A DNA stretch of 58,863 nucleotides, filler included, from Malassezia furfur (lineage: Eukaryota): assembly GCA_052055015.1 (NCBI GenBank). It is 2 parts of 2 records of this genome, joined end to end, with 100 filler letters (N's around TTAATTAATTAA, not from the genome) between each part and the next. Parts side by side here need not be neighbours in the genome. Positions count along the whole stretch, not along the records: positions 1 to 29,389 come from JBQJIT010000104.1; 1 more part is not named here. One strand, written 5' to 3'. This document shows, piece after piece, positions 1 through 11,013 of this stretch; position 1 is the first letter of the stretch, and each line of letters starts with the position of its first letter. Under the pieces are notes generated by a model. It was given only the letters and a program-made list of their open reading frames with translations, had not been told where the DNA came from and did no database searches. Position numbers and translations under genes: made by a program.

Positions 1-1673
1 GCGACGGCCGCGCCAGGCGCACCGCCGTCCGCGCGCGCGCCAAGCGCAGGCGCCGACGGCGGAGGCGTCGCGACCTTGCCGAGCGCATCGAGCACCTCGA
101 TCCCGGGTTGTGCGCTCGGCGCCGCAGAGCTGCCGGCATTCAAGGCACGCGCAAGGTAGCCTGTGCCCTTGCCGCGCATGCGCCGCGCGCGCGCCTCGCG
201 CGCCTCGGCATCAAGCTGACTTGAGAGATCCTGCAGCATCGACAGCATCTCGGTGCTATCGTTCGGCGTGTCCCGCTGCGAGACGCGCGCATGCGTCGAC
301 GACGACGAGTCCGAAAAGGCCGACAGCGTCGCGGGATCATCACGCGCGCGCCGTGTGCCGTCGGGCATGGGCGGCGACCGCCATTCGGCCGTGGGCAGCG
401 GCACACTCGCGGGCGCAGGCACAGACGCGAGCGCCGACACCGAGGACGGCGACACCCACGCGGGCAGCGGCATCGTGCGTGTGCTCGCGGGCGGCGGCGC
501 ATCGCCCATGCTCGCGGGCGCGGCCGGCACACGCGGCGGCGCCGACGTCGGGGGTGCATGCACAAGCTCGGTACGCACCATGGGCGAGTGCGGCAGCGGC
601 GCATCACTCGAAAGCGGCTGTGCGGGGCCGAGTGTGACGGGTGCCACCGGCGCACGGCGGCGCACAGCGACCTCGTGCGCGATCGCTTCGCTGCCGCGCG
701 GCTCCGCCGGCGACGTGCGCGCCGAGCGCGACGCACCTGCGCCCGCATCGGGCCACAGCGGCGTGCGAGGGCTATTGGCCACGGTACGTTGCGCGACCGC
801 GGCGGCCTCGGGCGGGAGCGCAGGCGTCGAAGAGGGGATCGGTGAGGTGCCGCTGCGGCCTGCCTTGGCGTCGCCCGCGGCGCGCTCGCGCTTGTTGATT
901 TTTTGGAACATGTGCATACGCGCGACCTCGCGGGCGGACACGGAGCGCATGAGCGTTGCACGCTTGGGGTTGCGTGGCGGCGTGCTCTCCTCCTGTGCGG
1001 CCTCGGCGGCCGGCTCGGGCTCCGAGGCCGACTCGAGGGAGACGTCGGCAGACACCGACTCGTCGCCGGGCGCAGCCGAGCGCGCCTCGTTCACGCTCCG
1101 GATGAACGCAAACATGTCGTTGTATGGCATGGGCGTCGTTGCTCCGAGCAGCTTTTGCATGGTGTACGCGCGGGCGACGCGCGATGTCGCACTTGCCGAC
1201 GCCGAGCGCGACAAACCCGATTTTTTGCGCTCCTGCAGAATCTTGCGGCGGAGCTGGTCGAGCGAGGGAAGCGCAGCGCCCTCGTCCGCGTGCGATGTCG
1301 CGAGCTGATCGAGGGACTGTGCACGCGGCACGTCCCCCGACGTCGACGGCGACAGCCACGGCGTGCTCCGGGGCTCTGACACGTCCGAATCGTTTACGCC
1401 GGAGCTGTCGAGCACGAGCGGCGGCGCCGGGCCCGCGGGTGTTGTAGGCGTCGTCACATGAGAAGCCGCATCCGCAGGGCGCACACGAGCGCGCCGCGGC
1501 GACACGCGCCGAATTTCGCGCTGCGACGCCGCGCGACGCAGTTTCGCAATGGCGTCAAGGCGCACATGCGACGGAGACGTGTCCGCGCGTGGCCCATCGT
1601 CGAACTCAGGTGAGCCGCGCCGTAGCGTGCCTAGGGGCGTACGCGGCGGTCCACCGGTGGCCGGCGCGTCCAT
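1..1673 (-). CDS. Hypothetical low-complexity (Pro/Ser/Ala-rich) protein, 3' end outside window
   Basis: Open minus-strand frame from ATG at 1673 (MDAPATGGPPRTPLG...RLDAIAKLRRAASQREIRR...LDQLRRKILQERKKSGLSRS) running off the window edge. Not in the ORF track, presumably because no stop is reached. Confidence 0.65.
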   Translation of the reverse strand, partial: MDAPATGGPPRTPLGTLRRGSPEFDDGPRADTSPSHVRLDAIAKLRRAASQREIRRVSPRRARVRPADAASHVTTPTTPAGPAPPLVLDSSGVNDSDVSEPRSTPWLSPSTSGDVPRAQSLDQLATSHADEGAALPSLDQLRRKILQERKKSGLSRSASASATSRVARAYTMQKLLGATTPMPYNDMFAFIRSVNEARSAAPGDESVSADVSLESASEPEPAAEAAQEESTPPRNPKRATLMRSVSAREVARMHMFQKINKRERAAGDAKAGRSGTSPIPSSTPALPPEAAAVAQRTVANSPRTPLWPDAGAGASRSARTSPAEPRGSEAIAHEVAVRRRAPVAPVTLGPAQPLSSDAPLPHSPMVRTELVHAPPTSAPPRVPAAPASMGDAPPPASTRTMPLPAWVSPSSVSALASVPAPASVPLPTAEWRSPPMPDGTRRARDDPATLSAFSDSSSSTHARVSQRDTPNDSTEMLSMLQDLSSQLDAEAREARARRMRGKGTGYLARALNAGSSAAPSAQPGIEVLDALGKVATPPPSAPALGARADGGAPGAAV

Positions 1674-1844
1674 ACCGTGCGGCGCGACACAAGGTGGGCG
1701 GCCTGCGAGCTCGGTGCGCGGCGCAGCGCTTCGCTGAGGTAAGCAAACGCCGCCGGCCAGGCGCGCAGCGCCGCGTGCCAAGACTCGCGCGCCGCCGTCG
1801 CCCAAGTGGAGGCGAGGCCATTGCACGCTTCCCTGACGACGGCG

Positions 1845-3853
1845 ATGGAGCGACCACCACTCGATGTGCGGGTGTGGTCGCCGTCACTCGTGCTCGAGTG
1901 GCTGCAAAAGCTTGAGCTAGAGCAATATGCTGCCCAGTTCCTCGGTACGCCCCTGCGCCGCGCTGACCGCGGCAGAAAACGATATCGATGGGGAGGCGCT
2001 CGTGCTCCTCGACGATGCTTCGCTGCGCGACCTCGGTGTGACGTCGATCGGACATCGCATGACGCTGCTCTCTGAAATCTTTCAGCTGAAACAGACCCAT
2101 GGGATCCAGATCGAACCGGGCGATTGGGTGCCGCAGAGTACGTCGTCTGTGCCGCCGCACACAGCTTACACAGACTACGAGGGCGTGCCCGACGACGTGC
2201 CCGATATCACCACCCTCTTGCGCGAGCGGGGTACGTACCGCATGCCTCGGCACACACACTCACACAGATGACCGGATCGCCGCACTCGAGGCGCGCGTCG
2301 CGCAGCTCAGTGCGAGTCTACTGCGCCTGCGCGAAGACGTGGTCGGCCTCGCGCGCGCCGCCGACAAGCCCGACGCTGTGCAGCAGAGTGCACTACTCGA
2401 CATGCCGCTCGGGCCGCCGACGAGCCGCACACTCCTCGGGACGCCCGGCGTGTCACGCTCGCCCAAGCCGCTCACGCCCACCACCGAGAGCGGCGGATTG
2501 CCATCGCGCCCTGTGACGCGTGGGCGCGGCTTTGTCGACACACCGACGCGCCGCTTGGACACATCCGAGACACAAAACACGAGCATGCTGCGCCTAAATA
2601 CCGCCACAACATCCGTCGCGCACTACGTCGGCAGCCTTGCGCCGATTAGCGATGCGGTAGGGCACATGCTGCAGGCGTCCGGCGCCGATGTCCCGACGCT
2701 GCCAAGCGACGAGTCGGTCACGATCGACGACACGACCCAGACGCTGCTCTTGCTTGCGCTGCGCAAGTACCACGTACATGACGACTGGCACAATTTTGCG
2801 CTGTTTGTGCACTCGGGGACGACAGAGCGGTGCCTGACCTACGAGGAAAAGCCGTTGCTCATCCTGCACAGGCTGCGCGACGCAGGCAACGAGCCGTGGT
2901 TTATCGTGCGTCATTTGCGCGACGTCGAGCCGCCGACTGCGCTCGCGGAGAAAAAACTCAAGGTGCGTCGCCGCGACGCGGGGCGCCACTCAAAAAACCC
3001 GGCGATGTGGATGCGCGCCGCAACGCTCGATCCCGAAGAGGCCCATGCAGATGAGCGTGCATTCGGCGTAACTCAGTGGGTGCAGCGCGCGCCGATGCAT
3101 GCCATGGAGGCTGAGCGCGCGCTCCAGAGCGCACGCTTCATGGGGCCTGCCGCCGGCATGCTCCAAGACACGTCGCAGCCACGTACTTATGCGCTGGCCA
3201 TCTACCCGTATGAATCGGAGCGCGAGGACGAGTTCGACGTACGCGCCGGTGACGCGTTTATCGTACTTGCCAAGGCCAAGGGCTGGTGGGCGCTACGCCG
3301 CGACTCACTCGCCGACGGGCGCGGCGACGTCTATGTGCCCGATGCGCTGAGCGACGCGCGCCGCCTCGAGGTATGGACCGGCTGGGTGCCCGCGGGTTGC
3401 CTGCTGGAGACCTCGCGGCCAATCGCCGACCTGCTGTTTGCGCAGGCGATCGGCAATGTGTCGGCGGCTTCGACGCCGGTACACAGCACGGCGGCCATGA
3501 AGGCCGCACAGACGCGCTCGCTCCGCTACGAACTCATCCACGCCCCGCTGCCGCTCGCGATCGTGCTCTCTGCCGGTACCCAAGGCACGCTCCTCGCGCA
3601 ATTCGACGCGCCAGACGGCACATTAAGCCTGCCGGCGGGCGAGCTGCTGCGCGTGTTCAAGCGGTACAACCACTGGTCATACTGCATCGTCGACGGCCCG
3701 TCTCAAAGTCGGGGATGGGTGCCCAGCTGGTGTAAGTGTCCTCCATCGACTCACACAGACATCTCACGCAAACCAAACACACGCGAGCCACGTACGCTCA
3801 GTGCCGGTGAGGTCATGTCGCGCCACACGGCCCCGCCGGCGCGCCTGCCCTAG
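1845..3853 (+). CDS. UBC2: MAPK adaptor Ubc2/Ste50 (SAM + RA + two SH3 domains), spliced
   Basis: N-terminal SAM domain (VWSPSLVLEWL...F-[intron 1945-1975]-ENDIDGEALVLLDDASLRDLGVTSIGHR), RA-like region (ALRKYHVHDDW...ERCLTYEEKPL), SH3 (ALAIYPYESEREDEFDVRAGD...GWVPAGCL) and a second SH3 (VFKRYNHWSYC...RGWVPSW). This is the Ustilago Ubc2 architecture. Confidence 0.85.
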
Positions 3854-3906
3854 CTTCCCCTCCATAGACGCGGCGCCGCACCACGGCGTCCGACCTCCAC
3901 ATCCCA

Positions 3907-5425
3907 ATGCTGCGTAGGTGCCTGCTGCTGGGCGCGGCGGCCGCCGCGCTCGTGTACGCCCACGGTGGGCATTCCTCCGTCAACATCGAGGAGGAGAAGA
4001 AGAAACCAGTCAGTGCTGCACTCTGGACGCACATCGCTTTCGAGGCGCTCGCTTGGCTCGTGCTATTTCCGCTCGGCATGGTGCTCGGCCTCGTCAGGCA
4101 TAAGCTGCACGTCCCTGTGTCGAGCGCCGCCGTTGCCCTGTCGTTCGTCGGCTACGTGCTCGGTGGACACCACAAGGGGCGTCAGTTTCCGCATACCGTG
4201 CATGGCACCATGGCGAAGCTGCTTTTCCTCTCACTGCTCACGCAAGCGGCGTGCGGCATCTACCTCAAGCTGCACCTCACATGGAAGCCCGAGACCTACG
4301 TCCGCCCCGTCGTGCTCCGCATCCACGGCATTCTCGGACGCGCATTCCCGGTGCTCGGATGGACGCAGATGGTGTTCGGCATCGCGACACTCCAGTCATG
4401 GTGCCGCGGCGGCCACCTGGGACAGTGCCTCGCGCATTACATCATGGGCTCGGCGTTCGCAGGGTACTCGGTCATCTTACTTATCATGCTCAAGTGCGCC
4501 GTCGAGTGGCTCCGCCGACGAGGGGTCTCGGAAGAGTACCTCGACAGTTGGGTCATCTTGCTCTGGGGCATCGTCAACACGTTTACCGAACACCACGGTG
4601 GGCCATGGACGCACAAGGATCTGCAGCACACCCTCATGGGCGTCCTTTGGTGGGCCGGGGGCGCAGTCGGCGTATGGCTCAGCCGCAAGGGCAAACGCAG
4701 CATCTTCCCGGCGATTATCATCTCGCTCACAGGCTGGGCCATGAGCGGCCATGCACAGGCACTCGTACGTGGGCGCATACGACTGACCCTAGATGATTTC
4801 GACCATGGTACACAGCTTGTTCGGCTATGCATTGATGGCTGCCGGCGTTTGTCGCATCATTGAGATCTGCTTCGTGCTTCACGACCGGCCCACGGGCGAA
4901 GAAGAGCGGCCAGCAGAGGACGGTGGATGGTTCAAAATCCATGCGTTCCAGTACCTGTACGTTCACCCACATTAACCGATAAAGACCCCCCTTCCTGCTC
5001 ACTACGTCGGGCATCTTATTCATGAGTGCCACCGATGAAGAGCTGCGGTGGGCCGACGCCAAGGGCGTCGACCACGTCACCTGGGGCATGATCGATTTCT
5101 CGGTCGCCCTGCTCCTCTTTTTGTGGATCAAGTACGTCTTGCTTACTTACCTAGCGTATTGATCGACACCTACATTGGCTACGGCGGCCGCTACGGCCTG
5201 GCTAATGCGCCGCAGTCGGTCGAGGCGCCCAGGCCTAGCGCACCACATGCGGGGTGGAGCTATGCCAGTCTCCAACCGACCGAGACGGCGCCATCTACAT
5301 CCGCGGAGGAATCCATACAGCTTGATACCTACCGTGCGCCTTCATCTTCAACACCGAAACACGAAGAAAATCACGTCCTCTTCGATGATGAAGACCCGTT
5401 CGACGACAAGGAGCTTGCCGCGTAA
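3907..5425 (+). CDS. YTP1: Ytp1-family membrane protein, spliced
   Basis: Signal peptide, multiple TM segments and motifs [45 protein letters not shown]. Three short introns join the ORF fragments. Confidence 0.8.
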
Positions 5426-5530
5426 ATAGCCGCCGAACCCCGAAAGCACCGATTTCCTCCACATAGTCATATTTTTGGCACGGTGGCGGAGAATCCGAAG
5501 ATTTGCCGCGTGGCGCTTTCCATCGTTACC

Positions 5531-6136
5531 ATGTCGTGGGTGCACAGTGCACGGATCGCCGGCCGCAGGGCTGCCGCCTCCTTTTCAAATTCCAGCCGTG
5601 CAGGGCACCCGCTTCGCCGCCTCGCTGTTCCGGTCGGCGCCGCCATCGCTGGCTCGGCCTTGGCGCTCGCACAGCCGCCTCTCCTGCTCGAGTCGACCGA
5701 GCCGAAGAAGTACAACTACCAGGAGCGCATGAAGCCGCGCGCGGCCCCCGTCATCACGCGGCGTGTTGTGGAGGAAGACATTGTTAGCGACGCCGAGGAC
5801 CTCCCGCTCGGCGAAGAGACGGTCATGTCTCTCGACGAGGAAGAACAAGAGTCGGCCTTTGACGAACGCACGGGTGAGATTAACTGGGACTGCCCGTGCC
5901 TGGGCGGCATGGCACACGGGCCGTGTGGCGAGGAATTCAAAAAGGCGTTTAGCTGCTTCATCTTCTCCGAACAGGAGCCCAAGGGCATCGAGTGTGTGGA
6001 CTTGTTCAAGGACATGCAGGATTGCTTCCGCAAGCATCCGGAAGTGTACGCGGAGGAGATCGAGGCGGATAATGCCGCAGATGCAGAGGCACAGTCCATC
6101 GCAGATGAGGCACCGTCGGCAACGACCTCAGCATAG
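5531..6136 (+). CDS. MIA40: Mitochondrial intermembrane space import oxidoreductase Mia40
   Basis: [29 protein letters not shown]...[20 protein letters not shown] (CPC plus twin CX9C). Arg-rich presequence followed by a hydrophobic segment. Confidence 0.93.
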   Translation: MSWVHSARIAGRRAAASFSNSSRAGHPLRRLAVPVGAAIAGSALALAQPPLLLESTEPKKYNYQERMKPRAAPVITRRVVEEDIVSDAEDLPLGEETVMSLDEEEQESAFDERTGEINWDCPCLGGMAHGPCGEEFKKAFSCFIFSEQEPKGIECVDLFKDMQDCFRKHPEVYAEEIEADNAADAEAQSIADEAPSATTSA

Positions 6137-6168
6137 CTTCCTTTGGTAGCCAAACATGCAATGCATTG

Positions 6169-7317
6169 CTAGATAGCTACAGGCCACACGTGGGTCTCAC
6201 AGTCCCAAGAACTGCTCGCAATCACCCCACGCTCAAACAGAGACCATGCTAGGCCCACAACAAATTCTTTGTGCATCGGGTATACCATCCGCGGCGAGCG
6301 CAAAAGCGGCACCCCGGCTGCGGGGGGTGCGTCGTCCACGTTCCAGATTCGAACGCTCATGTCATAGCCGGCGCTCGCCAGTATTTTTGGCTGGTGGGTG
6401 GACCACGCCAAGCTGCGCACGGCATACTGGTGCCCAACAAGCACTGCACTTTCCGTAAGAGGCGCACTGGGCACACCTCCTGATGCGCCGCTCATCACTC
6501 GACCATCCCAAACCTTGACGGCACGGTCTGTGCTTCCTGTAGCCAGTGTCATAGGTCGGTATTTATTCCAATCGAGTGATAGCACTTCTCCTCCCACCGA
6601 CATTGTGGAAACGGGCCGTGTGTACCCTGCGCCACCTCCTGCACGTAGATCAAAAATAGCTGCAGACCCATCGCCCGATGCCGTTGCCAGTACAGAAGGG
6701 TTATGCGGAGACCATGCGCATTTGTATACGCAATTTCCATGCGCTTGGATGGTTTGGACAGAACGCAGCAAGTCGGGGTTCCACTGGTGGTAAGACGCTC
6801 ATTTGTAGACACGTACCACTTTCACTGTGCCATCCCAACTGCTGCTTGCAAAGAGCTCTTTCTGAATGTTGTTCCAGTCCAGAGAAAAGATTTCGCGTGA
6901 ATGTTCAGCCCAGTTGCGTATGGGATGATCCTGACGGTGTAAGAATGGCATGAGCCTAACGTACATTTAAAGTGATGTCCCATAGCTTGATGCTTCCGTC
7001 GCCGCACGCACTGGCGATCTGATTCTCATGCAATTCGGACCAGGCCACATCGTACATGCCATCTTGGGTATCGAAGCTGAATGTCAGTGGAATAAATAAC
7101 GCACACTTTTGGCGCAGGCGCTGCCATGCTAAAAATGAACAGACGGCCATTGCCCACCAGACCGTACTGTGGTGAGCTAACCAGAGAAGGTACGCACATT
7201 TGCAGCACCAGCAACAGCGAACTTGTCAGGGAAAAACGGAGACCACGCTACGTTGTATCCGGCATAGCCCGCGGTTGGGAATCGCCTCGCAGGGGACGTA
7301 GGTCCTGCCTGTTGCAT
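6169..7317 (-). CDS. PEX7: Peroxisomal PTS2 receptor Pex7 (WD40), spliced
   Basis: GYNVAWSPFFPDKFAVAGAAN|YGLVGNGRL, FDTQDGMYDVAWSELHENQI, GDGSIKLWD, HKEFVVGLAWSLF. Four short introns. Confidence 0.92.
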
Positions 7318-7429
7318 TTCCAGAATGTCGTACAAAGCAAAGTGCGTCCGATCCAACGAGCGCAACCCCGCACACAAATTCATAAGAAATTTAGTATAAA
7401 GAAGGCGATGTTAACATTTCGAAGTTTCA

Positions 7430-7741
7430 TGGTTTCCTAGTGCAGTGGCATAACTACAGAAACTTCGTGCGGCTCGGAAGAGCAAGGATTGGTCATCGCG
7501 TCCACGGTATCGTACCGGGTTCTAATCCTGCGTTTGACAGTTACTAAATTACAGTTTATGATTGGCAGACTGTCTGCGCCTGGAGCGCAATTGAAAGTGC
7601 AAAGTAAGGCAGACTTGATTGTGCTTGGAAACTCGCACGGCGAGATGCGATTGGCTGGACTTGGTCAAGCAGACGTTGTCGAATTGGATCTTCCATTTGA
7701 CTTGCGTCCACGGACTGCACGAAGTGGAAACCAATTTTTTT
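7430..7741 (+). ncRNA. Candidate Pol III structured RNA, probably non-canonical SRP (7SL) RNA
   Basis: TATAAA at 7395-7400, A-box-like TAGTGCAGTGG (7438-7448), B-box-like GGTTCTAATCC (7518-7528), T7 terminator (7735-7741). Nested 5'/3' pairing: TGGTTTCC/GGAAACCA, ACTTCGTGC/GCACGAAGT, GCAAG/CTTGC, GTTTGAC/GTCAAGC. Confidence 0.6.
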
Positions 7742-8128
7742 GGATCCAGAACGAATAACCTACAATTCTATAGGCTGAGGACTGTATGATGCGTGGGTTT
7801 CTCTTTGCAAGATGCGTTTACAAATAGGTTTCATCAACGATCTCAAAAGTTGTCACTTCCGTTCTGCGCCAGGCAAGGCATGGATCGGCACCGCAGTGTA
7901 ATATTATAAATATCTTCTCCTTGCCTACACCCCAGATGCCTGCGTTTTCGCCGGACGGAGTCTGTCCGGTACCTGGTCGCTTGCCGATGCTAAATTTCGC
8001 CTACGGCGCAGTGCGTAGTCGTGCCAAGAACGAATGGCGACGATTCTTCTCATCACGCTTATACATCTGACCAATGGGACCTTTTTCTTCTCCCTTTAGT
8101 AAGAACACCCCTCTTTACGTGATTCTCG

Positions 8129-8337
8129 CACGTTGTTTGTGCTGAGTCATCAGCTATCCCCCGCGAGATTGCGTTCTGAATTTCAGACCACTAACAAGCC
8201 AAATTTGGCACACGTGTAGGGACCCGTCCAATCCCAAACACCAATGTAGTTCATTTTGATATGTACGAAAAAAGTATCCTAGCCTAGTTGACCGTGCGCA
8301 AAATACCAGCGTCCAAATGGTCCAGCTGGCAAACGTG
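8129..8337. promoter_or_regulatory. Putative Pho4-type bHLH sites upstream of the phosphate transporter
   Basis: CACGTT 8129-8134, CACGTG 8211-8216 and AACGTG (CACGTT on the minus strand) 8332-8337 in an unusually long upstream region. Confidence 0.5.
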
Positions 8338-8567
8338 CGCATTTGTCACTAGCCTAATAGGCTGCCATGAAGGTGTGCTAACACGACATTTTTAGACGCA
8401 TCGGCAGATGCAGAGGTCAACTGCAAGGATGAACAGAGTTTGCTCAACTCCGCAGTTTGGCTTGTCCAGCCCCGGAACAAGTACTAATAGGGCCAACCTT
8501 GCCTGTACCGCTCCCCACCGACTCCCCCCTCCTCAAGTCTCCAAGGGTCCACACCGTCCTGGTGAAA

Positions 8568-10664
8568 ATGTCGGGCACCAACGATTTTGCTTCGCAGTAC
8601 ATTCATCATAGCGATGAGCCTCTGGGCTTTCGCCAAGCGCAGGCTGCTGATGCCGGCTATCCTACTACGACGGAGCACATGTCCTCGGAGCCGTCGAACG
8701 GCAACGTCTCTGACTCGACTCGCTACGGTCCCTCGCAGGGTGTTGACGGCCTGAAGGGGAACGAGGCGACGTACGACTCGACCATGTCGCCCGAGGCTGA
8801 GCGTGCCTTCCATGACGTTCTCTTCCCCCCGGACATTTACACCTCGGACGGCACTTACTGGGCTGATCTGCCTTTCCGTGAGAAGATGGCTTTCTGCAAC
8901 AACCAGTCGAACACGGAAGCCCGCCGTGAGCTTGGTGTTATTGGTTCCATGATGAAGAAGGACCCGCTCAGCCCTGTTAAGGCCTACTTCAGTACCTACG
9001 TGCTGAACGGTCTGGGTATGTTTGTCGAGGGTTACACTCTTTTCTCCGTCGGTAACATTAAGCCTCTGCTGCAGAGCACCTGGCCGGCTTGCTGGAAGAA
9101 CCACGTCGAGTGTGAAAAGAACTGGATCTATGCGATTGACTACCTCGAAATTATCGGTATCATCGTCGGTCAGATTCTTGTTGGTGTTGAGGGTGACTGG
9201 GTTGGTCGTCGTTTCGGTATGGTTCAGGACGCGGTTATTATGACACTCGGTTCGGTGATGCTCACGGCCATGTGGGGTGTCAGCCACAACGGTTGGGTTA
9301 TCTGCTATGCATGGTCGCTGTTCATCTACGGTATTGGTGTCGGTGGTGAATACCCCATGACCTCGACGCGTGCGATGGAGGGCTCGGGCGACCGTTACGC
9401 GGCCTCGACGGGTGACCGTATGCACCGTGGTCGCAATGTGCTGCTCGCCTTCCTGATGCAGGGCTGGGGTCAGTTCTTCAACCAGGTCATCCTGATTCTT
9501 CTGCTTCTCGTCTTCCACAACAGTATGCACCCTCCGTTCTCGAAGACGGCTGTGCAGTGGACCTTCCGTGTTTCGTTCGCTTTCATTGCGGTGGTGACGC
9601 TCTTCCTGGTCTACTACCGTTACTACAAGATTTCGTACACGGAGCAGTCGCTTCGTGATGCCAAGGAGCGCCTTAACACGTCTGGTTACGACGCCAAGTC
9701 GCTGAAGCTTGCTATCCAGCACTACTGGGGTCGTCTGTTTGCCTCGTGCTTCGGCTGGTTCGCCAACGACTTCTTCTTCTACGGTAACAAGATCTTCTCG
9801 AACGTGTTCATCAAACTCATCACGGGTAGCGGTGGCAATCTGCAGACCACCTGGCTGTACAACCTGATCAACATTGGTGTCCAGCTTCCCGGTTACTACC
9901 TTGCTGCGATTCTTGTCGATAACAAGATGTACGGCCGCAAGAACATGCAGACGATTGGCTTCCTGTGCACGTTTGCGCTGTTCTGCGGTGCTGAGTTTGG
10001 CTACAACTCCCTCACGACCAAGGGCTCTGGTCACCTCAAGGCGTTCCAGTTCATCTTCTTCTTCTCGTCGTTCTGGAACCAGTTTGGCTACAACTCGACG
10101 ACTTTCCTTGTGGCTGCCGAGATGTTCCCCGCGTCGATTCGTGCCTCGTGCCACGGTTTCAGTGCCGCGTGGGGCAAGCTTGGTGCGCTGTGCCCGACCA
10201 TCATTTACAACTACGTGACGGACAACCACAGCAAGTTCCACATTGTGACTTGGTTCGGTCTTGCTGGTCTGATCACGACCCTTGTTTTCCTTCCGGACAC
10301 GACCGGTCTCGACCTGCGTGAGCAGGAGCGCTACTGGGAGTATGTCATGAACGGCCGTGTGGAGGACTACCACGGTGTGGCCATCCACCCCCGTCACCTG
10401 TCGCTGTACGAGCGAGTGGTGCTGAAGCGCAACCGCTACTACAACCCTGCGCTCGACCGCCAGCAGAAGACCCAGGAGTTCCGCCAGATCTACCACTCGT
10501 CGCTGCAAAACTACGAGAACAACCAGAAGGATCTCACGACGCAGCAGCAGGAGTTCCTCAACAGCGAGTTTGGCACGAAGTACGTCAAGGACATCTACAA
10601 GCCTCGCGACAACGAGAACCAGATCTATGCCTCCAAGCTGGAATCAGTGGAAAAGAACCTCTAA
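8568..10664 (+). CDS. MFS phosphate:H+ symporter family transporter (Pho84/Git1-like)
   Basis: Intronless ORF with a 12-TM pattern and motifs GDWVGRR, GIGVGGEYPMTS, MQGWGQ, NSTTFLVAAEMFPASIRASCHGFSAAWGKLGA. Strong GGT/CGT codon bias. Confidence 0.85.
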   Translation: MSGTNDFASQYIHHSDEPLGFRQAQAADAGYPTTTEHMSSEPSNGNVSDSTRYGPSQGVDGLKGNEATYDSTMSPEAERAFHDVLFPPDIYTSDGTYWADLPFREKMAFCNNQSNTEARRELGVIGSMMKKDPLSPVKAYFSTYVLNGLGMFVEGYTLFSVGNIKPLLQSTWPACWKNHVECEKNWIYAIDYLEIIGIIVGQILVGVEGDWVGRRFGMVQDAVIMTLGSVMLTAMWGVSHNGWVICYAWSLFIYGIGVGGEYPMTSTRAMEGSGDRYAASTGDRMHRGRNVLLAFLMQGWGQFFNQVILILLLLVFHNSMHPPFSKTAVQWTFRVSFAFIAVVTLFLVYYRYYKISYTEQSLRDAKERLNTSGYDAKSLKLAIQHYWGRLFASCFGWFANDFFFYGNKIFSNVFIKLITGSGGNLQTTWLYNLINIGVQLPGYYLAAILVDNKMYGRKNMQTIGFLCTFALFCGAEFGYNSLTTKGSGHLKAFQFIFFFSSFWNQFGYNSTTFLVAAEMFPASIRASCHGFSAAWGKLGALCPTIIYNYVTDNHSKFHIVTWFGLAGLITTLVFLPDTTGLDLREQERYWEYVMNGRVEDYHGVAIHPRHLSLYERVVLKRNRYYNPALDRQQKTQEFRQIYHSSLQNYENNQKDLTTQQQEFLNSEFGTKYVKDIYKPRDNENQIYASKLESVEKNL

Positions 10665-11013
10665 TTGTGTCGCCTCGTTTTGACATGGGGGTTCATGTGA
10701 TGTTGTGACGCCTCATGGGATGATTAGGAGGTTCTGTGGAGGAAACGAACGGGTTCGTTTTCTATGTAATGTGGGGGTACATGTAATAGCAAGGTTTTTT
10801 TTTTATCTTCTTCCAATTTGGTTGTGGACGTGAGCGTGCGTTGCGGTGTTCCCGAGCATCAGCTCTCGGCTGGGCGGGGAAAGTTTGTGTGGGGCCATCT
10901 GCATACCGTGCCCCACCTGGGTCGGCCCGGACCCTGACGCACATGCCACGTGCGCCGATATCGGATCCGGGCCATGCGGGCGCGTGGAGTTAACGCCGAT
11001 CCTCGCAACTACG

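Noticed and set aside
7431..7540. tRNA gene (acceptor-like 5' end, D-arm-like hairpin, T-loop-like GGTTCTAATCC)
   Set aside because: No anticodon arm, and the partner of the 5' strand lies about 290 nt downstream. Better explained as Pol III promoter boxes within a longer RNA.
7489..7758. 89-aa ORF in the PEX7-transporter intergenic region
   Set aside because: Non-ATG start, no recognisable motifs, and it overlaps the structured RNA candidate.
8484..10508. 674-aa antisense ORF over the transporter (similarly 25903-28071, 47378-49420, 21373-23217, 54354-56012)
   Set aside because: These are shadow ORFs caused by high GC and codon bias of the sense gene, with no recognisable protein features.
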